Part shown: piece after piece, positions 55,555 through 64,000 of the stretch
How the letters are laid out: each line of letters opens with the position of its first letter
How positions within the stretch are numbered: position 1 is the stretch's first letter
NCBI GenBank assembly: GCA_963695095.1
Contig: CAVOFT010000001.1
Coordinates: forward strand, 2,112,001-2,176,000
Length of the DNA stretch: 64,000 nt
From: an uncultured bacterium
GTDB lineage: Bacteria; Krumholzibacteriota; Krumholzibacteriia; JACNKJ01
Reading direction: 5' to 3'
Program-made: the position numbers and the translations under genes
Notes under the pieces: generated by a model
The model's database searches: none
The model's input: only the letters and a program-made list of their open reading frames with translations
Told to the model about the DNA's origin: nothing

Positions 55555-57326
55555 CTACACCTTCCGGCTGCGTTCGAGGGTGTCGCTGAGCCGCTCGACG
55601 ATCTGCTGCTCGCGCGCTTCGCTGAGGCCCAGGATCTCGCGCAGGGCCTCGCCGATGTGGGGAATGTAGCTCTTGATGTAGTCGGACTTCTGGCGCGCAT
55701 CGGCCAGGCGCTTGCCGCGGCGGATGTGCCCGCCGAGGCGACGGCCGCAATCCTGCAAAGCGAGGCGGATCTCCGCAGGATCTCGGGGTAGCTCGCCACC
55801 GCCTCCTTGCTCTCGCTGGTGAAGGGCACCCAGGCGCTGGCGATGTGCACGGTGACGACCAGCGGCCCCGCCGGCAGCGCGCCCTTGCTCTGGCTGAGGC
55901 CGTAGTTCTTCCAGCCCGCGCCCACGACGCTCTTGGTGATGGCGCAGGCGCCCTGCTGGTACTGCAGCGGCACCCGGTTGGCGAAGCGGTGCAGGAGCGC
56001 CAGTTCGTCGGCGCCCATCCCCTCGACGCCCCAGGCCAGCGCCGCCTCGACGAGGAAGGGATTGCCGCGGTAGACGGCGGGCTTGCGGCTGACGGCCGTG
56101 AAGAACTCGGCCGTCACCACCTTGCGCAGGCCGGCCTCCAGCTCGACGGCGCCGATCGGCGACAGGCAATTGGTGGGCGGCGCCATGATCTTGGTGCCGG
56201 CGATGCCGTGCAGGAGCTGCTCGGCCTGGTCGCGGCCGAGGCTGCCGGGCTTCGCCTGCGGGCGCAGCATGGCGTGACCGGCGATCTCGTCGGCCACCTT
56301 CGCGCCCACGCGGCTGAACTCGTCCTGCAGGAAGGCATGCAGCGTGCGGCTCTTCGTCTGCTCGAGCATGCTCATGAGAATGCCCAGCTCGACGCCGTAG
56401 GGATGGGGCTTGATCGCCTGCGCCTCGTGGGGCAGGGCCTCCGTGACGCGCGGGTACTGGATCTCCTCGCCGCCGGGCTCGCGATAGCTGAGGTCCAGAT
56501 GCGGATTGGCCACCGCGGTGAGGGCGAGGTAATCGTCCACGCTGCGGCGGCCGCGCTTGTGGATGGCCTCGAGCTCGATCTCCACCCGGGTGCCGTGGGG
56601 CGCGTCCCAGTCCACCACCTCGTCGACGGCGATGATGGGCTCGTTCTTCTGGGTGTTGATCTTCACCTCGAAGCGGTGCGCGTCGGCCTTGGGCGCCGTG
56701 CGGCTCGTGATGCGCACCGGCTTGCCCGTGGTGAGCTGGCCGTACATGCCCGCGGCGCTGATGCCGATGCCCTGCTGACCGCGGCTCTGCTTGAGCGTGT
56801 GGAACTTGGAGCCGTAGAGCAGCTTGCCGAAGATCCGCGGAATCTGCGCGCGCACGATGCCCGGGCCGTTGTCCTGGACGACGACGCGGAAGCGCTCCTC
56901 GCCCACCTGATGGGCCTCCACGCGCAGCGAGGGCAGGATGCCGGCCTCCTCGCAGGCGTCGAGGCTGTTGTCCACCGCCTCCTTGATCGTGGTGAGCAGG
57001 GCCTTGCTCGGGTTGTCGAAGCCGAGCAGGTGGCGGTTCTTCGTGAAGAACTCGCTGATCGAGATCTCGCGCTGCTTCTTGGCCTGCGCCTCGGCGCTGC
57101 CGCCCGCGCGCCGCCCCGCCGCGCGACTGGGACGGCGCTGCCCGCCGCCCTGGTCAGCGGCCGCGCCGCGGGCGGCGCCCGCTGCCGGCCCCGCCGTCGC
57201 CGCCGGGGCGATCTCGGCTGCCGGCCCGCTCTCGGCCGGCGCTTCGGCGAGGGCGGAGGCCGCCCCCGCCTCCTTCGCGGCGAAGAGGTCGCCGGTACCC
57301 GACTTGCTGCGCTTCTGCGTGGCCAT
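55555..57326 (-). CDS. top6B: DNA topoisomerase VI subunit B (-1 frameshift at ~55774)
   Basis: ISEFF.KN.HLLGF, KEAVDNSLDA, DNGPG, GSKF, SRGQQGIGIS, H2TH, RFANRVPL, VPFTSESKE. Adding one base at ~55773-55775 gives EILREIRLALQDCGRRL. Confidence 0.95.
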
Positions 57327-57366
57327 GCGACTCCCTGCTGGCGGCGGCATCCCCGTTGCGGGCGGC

Positions 57367-57396
57367 AGTCTAGCGAAGCCCCGCGCGTAGCGTCAA
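57367..57396 (-). promoter_or_regulatory. Sigma-70-type promoter of top6B-top6A
   Basis: Minus strand TTGACG-N18-TAGACT, 40 nt upstream of the top6B start. Confidence 0.6.
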
Positions 57397-57548
57397 AGGA
57401 AAGCTCGGTGGCGGTCCATGTCAACCAAGTTGACAGATGCTCCCCGTAACCTGCTATCTCCACAGGCGTTCCCTGGCCGCCAAGGCCGTCTTGCAGGGGG
57501 TGGGCCAGCTTGGCGGGCGGTCCTTCGCCCAGCGCGGCGCGAATGGCC

Positions 57549-57576
57549 TTGAGTCGGATCCGACCTTGCATAGAAT
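57549..57576 (+). promoter_or_regulatory. Sigma-70-type promoter of the patatin gene (probably leaderless)
   Basis: TTGAGT-N16-TAGAAT ends 6 nt before ATG 57583; no SD sequence. Confidence 0.6.
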
Positions 57577-57582
57577 CGGCTC

Positions 57583-58482
57583 ATGGCTCTTGATCCCGAC
57601 AGCTCACCCCAGGGCTACCGCGCGCCGGCAGGCGGCGCGCCCAGCGTGGCCGTGGCCATGGGCGGCGGCCTGCCCTTCGGCGTCGTCGCGCTGGGCCTGC
57701 TCAGGCTGCTCGAGGAGAAGGGCATCGCCATCAAGGCCCTGGCCGGGACCAGCCTGGGCGCCATCGTCGGCGCCTGCTACCTGCGCCACGGCAGCGCGGA
57801 GCGGGTGGAGGCCCTGCTGGCCGACTTCTTCGCGCAACTGCACCCGCGTTACCTGCTGGTGCGGGACTTCCGCTTCTTCCAGCCGGGCCTGCTCACGGGC
57901 CGCAGCGTGATCGGCCTGATCAAGGAGCTGCTGGGCGGCGACTTCCTGCTCGAGGAGGCGCCGGTACCCTTCTTCATCAATGCGACGGATCTCCTGCGCG
58001 GCACCGACGTGGTCATCCGCACGGGGTCGGCGCTGGAGGCCATCCACGGCAGCATCGCGATGCCGGGCATCTTCGTCCCCCACAAGTGGGGCGACACCTA
58101 CCTGGTGGACGGCGCCATGACCTGCCCCGTGCCGGCCGCTTTCCTCGAGCGCGAGGGCTTTGCGCCGGTGATCCCCGTGCGCGGCCTGCGCACCCTGCCC
58201 GACGATGCCGAGGTGGACAAGGAGCGCACGCGCCTGGAGAAGGAACACCTGCTGCAGCGGGGGCTGGCGCCGAGCATCATCTACGTGCTCTGGCGCTCGA
58301 TGGGCCTGATCCAGCAGGACGACTTCGCGCGGCGGATCATGGAACAGAATCCGCTGAGCGTCGCCCCCAGCATCAGCCTCGAGCTGGGCAGCGACTTCCA
58401 GAAGGTGCGCGAGCTGGTGCAGATCGGCTACGACGCCGCGCTCGAGAAGTGGCCGGCCATCGAGCGCGCACTGGGAGCGTGA
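57583..58482 (+). CDS. Patatin-like phospholipase (RssA/NTE type)
   Basis: Gly-rich MGGG, nucleophile GTSLG, ATDL, SIAMPGIF.P and LVDGA. Confidence 0.9.
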   Translation: MALDPDSSPQGYRAPAGGAPSVAVAMGGGLPFGVVALGLLRLLEEKGIAIKALAGTSLGAIVGACYLRHGSAERVEALLADFFAQLHPRYLLVRDFRFFQPGLLTGRSVIGLIKELLGGDFLLEEAPVPFFINATDLLRGTDVVIRTGSALEAIHGSIAMPGIFVPHKWGDTYLVDGAMTCPVPAAFLEREGFAPVIPVRGLRTLPDDAEVDKERTRLEKEHLLQRGLAPSIIYVLWRSMGLIQQDDFARRIMEQNPLSVAPSISLELGSDFQKVRELVQIGYDAALEKWPAIERALGA

Positions 58483-58503
58483 GCGCCCCCCGCTCGCCCG
58501 CGC

Positions 58504-59148
58504 TCACTTGCCCATTGCCGCCTGCCAGGTATCCCAGGACGACAGGATCCCGCCCTGCGCGGCGTCGCGGTAGAGCACGCGGAAGCCCATGCGCCCGGCC
58601 ACGTGGAAGTGCTCGTAGAGCTCGTGCGCCGCGGCCTCGGGCGTGAGCCGCCGGAAGCGCTGCGGCCGCGGGGCGCCGGCGTAGATCCAGGACCAGAAGA
58701 GCAGGTCCAGGGCCGTGCTCTCCAGCCAGGGCACCTCCTGCTCGTAGGCGGCCACCCAGCGCAGGGCGGTATCCTCGAGCAGCGACGTGAGCACTCCGGC
58801 CTGACCCAGGCCGCAGGCCCCCAGGTGCAGGCCCACGATGGAGGGCGCGGGGGCGATCATCTGCACGAGCTCCGCCAGCGGGATGTGCTGCTCCAGGGTG
58901 AGCAGGCGCCCGGAGCGGCTGCCATGCGTCGCCAAGTAGAGGATCTTCTCCTTGCCCGCGCGGCGAATGCGGCCGAACTTCTCGATCCAGAGGGTCAGGT
59001 CGTTGCGGCTGTCGAAGACGCGATAGAAGAACTCCCAGCCGTGGAGGTCGCAGAGGCCCTTGATGAAGGGGTGCACGGAGTTGCGCGTCTTCAGGTCGTC
59101 GGACCAGTAGGACTCCAGGACCAGAAAGCAGGGCTTGGCTCGCTTCAT
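58504..59148 (-). CDS. Hypothetical protein with caspase/CHAT-like His-Cys dyad motifs (DUF6642-like)
   Basis: Start ATG 59148 overlaps the upstream stop; ILYLATHG and LHLGAC motifs. Confidence 0.65.
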   Translation of the reverse strand: MKRAKPCFLVLESYWSDDLKTRNSVHPFIKGLCDLHGWEFFYRVFDSRNDLTLWIEKFGRIRRAGKEKILYLATHGSRSGRLLTLEQHIPLAELVQMIAPAPSIVGLHLGACGLGQAGVLTSLLEDTALRWVAAYEQEVPWLESTALDLLFWSWIYAGAPRPQRFRRLTPEAAAHELYEHFHVAGRMGFRVLYRDAAQGGILSSWDTWQAAMGK

Positions 59149-60422
59149 CGCTGATTCCATTCGTCGGCCGGCGACGCGCCGTCCGCCCGGCCGGGACGGC
59201 CGGCGTGGATGCCCGCCAGGCGCCCGGTGGCGAAGGCCGCCTGGAAGTTGTAGCCGCCGATGGGGCCGTCGACGTCCAGCAGTTCCCCGCAAATGAAGAG
59301 GCCGGGCGCGAGGCGGGAGGCCATCCTACGGGGGTCGACCTCGTCCAGGGGGATGCCGCCGCGCGTGACCTCGGCCTTGGCGAAGCCCAGCGTGCCGGCC
59401 ACGGCCAGGCGCAGGCCCTTCGCCGCCGCGAGGAGCCGGGCGCGGGCCCTGCGGTCGAGTTCAGCGGCAGGGCCCGCCGCGCCCGCCTGCTCGGCGAGGG
59501 CGCGGCGCAGGCGCTCGGGCAGCACTTCAGGCAGCAGGGACCAGGCCGCGCGGCGCCCACCCGCGGCGATGCCCGCGCGCAGGAGCGCGTCGAGCGCATC
59601 CCGGCTCGTGCCCGGCAGGAAGTCGATGACGAGGGTGGAGCCGGACCCCGCCGCTTCCACCCAGCCGGCGAGGTCCATGGGCCCGGGGCCCGAGAGCCCC
59701 TGATGCGTGAAGAGCAGGGGCCGGCGGCGGCGGGCGATCACGCGGCCTTCGCCGCCTTCGAGTGCGAGCGTGCAGTCGGCCAGGGTCAAGCCGGCCAGGG
59801 CATGCAGCCAGGCCGCGTCCAGGGCCAGCGGAGCGAGGGCGGGCAGCGTGGGCGTCACCGCGTGGCCCAGCCCGGCGGCGAGACGATAGCCGTCGCCCGT
59901 CGTGCCCATCTGCGGATAGCTGCGGCCGCCGCTGGCCAGAATCACGGCGCCGGCCAGGATCGGCCCCGCCGGCGTCTCGGCGCGAAAGCCCTCGCCCTCG
60001 CGAGCCAGTGCGGTGACCGGCCGACCGCAGGCGAGCCGCACCCCCGCGGCTTCGGCCTGGGCGAGCAGGGCCGCGAGCACGTCGGCCGCGCGATCCGAAA
60101 CCGGGAAGATCTTCTCCAGCGCCTCTTCCTTGAGCGGCACGCCGGCGGCCTCGATCTCGGCGCGCAGGGCCGCCGGCGGATAGGCGCGCAGGGCGTGGCG
60201 CAGCCAGCGGCCGGCTGCGGCGCCGTAGGCGGCCTCGAGAGCCGGGCCCGTCACCGTGGTGGTCAGGTTGCAGCGGCCGCCGCCGCTGGCGAGGATCTTC
60301 ACGCCGGGGCGCTTGTTCTTCTCCACGAGGATGACGCGACAGCCACGCTCGGCCGCGCAGCGCGCGGCGATCAGGCCCGCCGCGCCGGCGCCGATGACGA
60401 GCACATCCCCGGATAGCGGCAT
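59145..60422 (-). CDS. HI0933/BaiN-family flavoprotein
   Basis: IGAGAAG, KILASGGGRCN, GTTGDGY, LFTHQGLSGP, VTRGG, GELLDVDGPIGGYNFQAA. Confidence 0.93.
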   Translation of the reverse strand: MPLSGDVLVIGAGAAGLIAARCAAERGCRVILVEKNKRPGVKILASGGGRCNLTTTVTGPALEAAYGAAAGRWLRHALRAYPPAALRAEIEAAGVPLKEEALEKIFPVSDRAADVLAALLAQAEAAGVRLACGRPVTALAREGEGFRAETPAGPILAGAVILASGGRSYPQMGTTGDGYRLAAGLGHAVTPTLPALAPLALDAAWLHALAGLTLADCTLALEGGEGRVIARRRRPLLFTHQGLSGPGPMDLAGWVEAAGSGSTLVIDFLPGTSRDALDALLRAGIAAGGRRAAWSLLPEVLPERLRRALAEQAGAAGPAAELDRRARARLLAAAKGLRLAVAGTLGFAKAEVTRGGIPLDEVDPRRMASRLAPGLFICGELLDVDGPIGGYNFQAAFATGRLAGIHAGRPGRADGASPADEWNQR

Positions 60423-60431
60423 CGCGCGGGG

Positions 60432-63956
<3,525 letters not shown>

Positions 63957-64000
63957 CGGGGCGGGGGTCCTTTCGGGCGGAGGGCGGCCCCCACTCTAGC

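Noticed and set aside
53591..55750. Long N-terminal extensions on ORFs 53591-55750, 43126-45666, 26417-28336 and 2352-4154
   Set aside because: Off-frame read-through over neighbouring genes. The real starts with RBS or stop-start overlap are at 54439, 43890, 27619 and 3023.
57583..59148. CBASS/Avs-type defence island
   Set aside because: No cyclase, STAND ATPase or sensor; the genes converge; the context is housekeeping with host-like GC.

Overview
Very GC-rich diderm bacterial DNA, almost all coded on the minus strand. Gene content (PorU/PorV, FlgD-Ig/T9SS-type C-terminal domains, Myxococcus-like pil synteny) suggests a deep-branching FCB-superphylum lineage such as Krumholzibacteriota, Latescibacterota or Eisenbacteria; this is inference only. 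From left to right: (1) a type IVa pilus locus (pilB-T-C-S-R, two tandem pilins, an ABC ATPase/permease/TPR trio, pilM-N-O running off the edge) with four or five sigma-54 -24/-12 promoters, one of them before a long TPR protein; (2) a PHP hydrolase, a solitary ECF S-component and a TonB-receptor-like protein; (3) DinG-hutU-hutI; (4) dsbD-trxA; (5) an ExbB-ExbD-ExbD-TonB-TBDR-lipoprotein operon with a ~200 nt structured leader; (6) ligA, which contains an antisense sigma-54 site; (7) a ~16 kb T9SS-like envelope operon (PorU, PorV, M6 protease with a CTD, two paralogous unknowns, a propeller-like protein, a SprA-motif barrel, an Omp85 protein); (8) accA and an archaeal-type topoisomerase VI top6B-top6A pair; (9) patatin, a stand-alone caspase/CHAT-like protein, an HI0933 flavoprotein and dnaE. 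Four genes carry single-base frameshifts that look like assembly errors. No tRNA, rRNA, CRISPR array or mobile element was seen. All family assignments come from motif recognition by eye, not from database searches.
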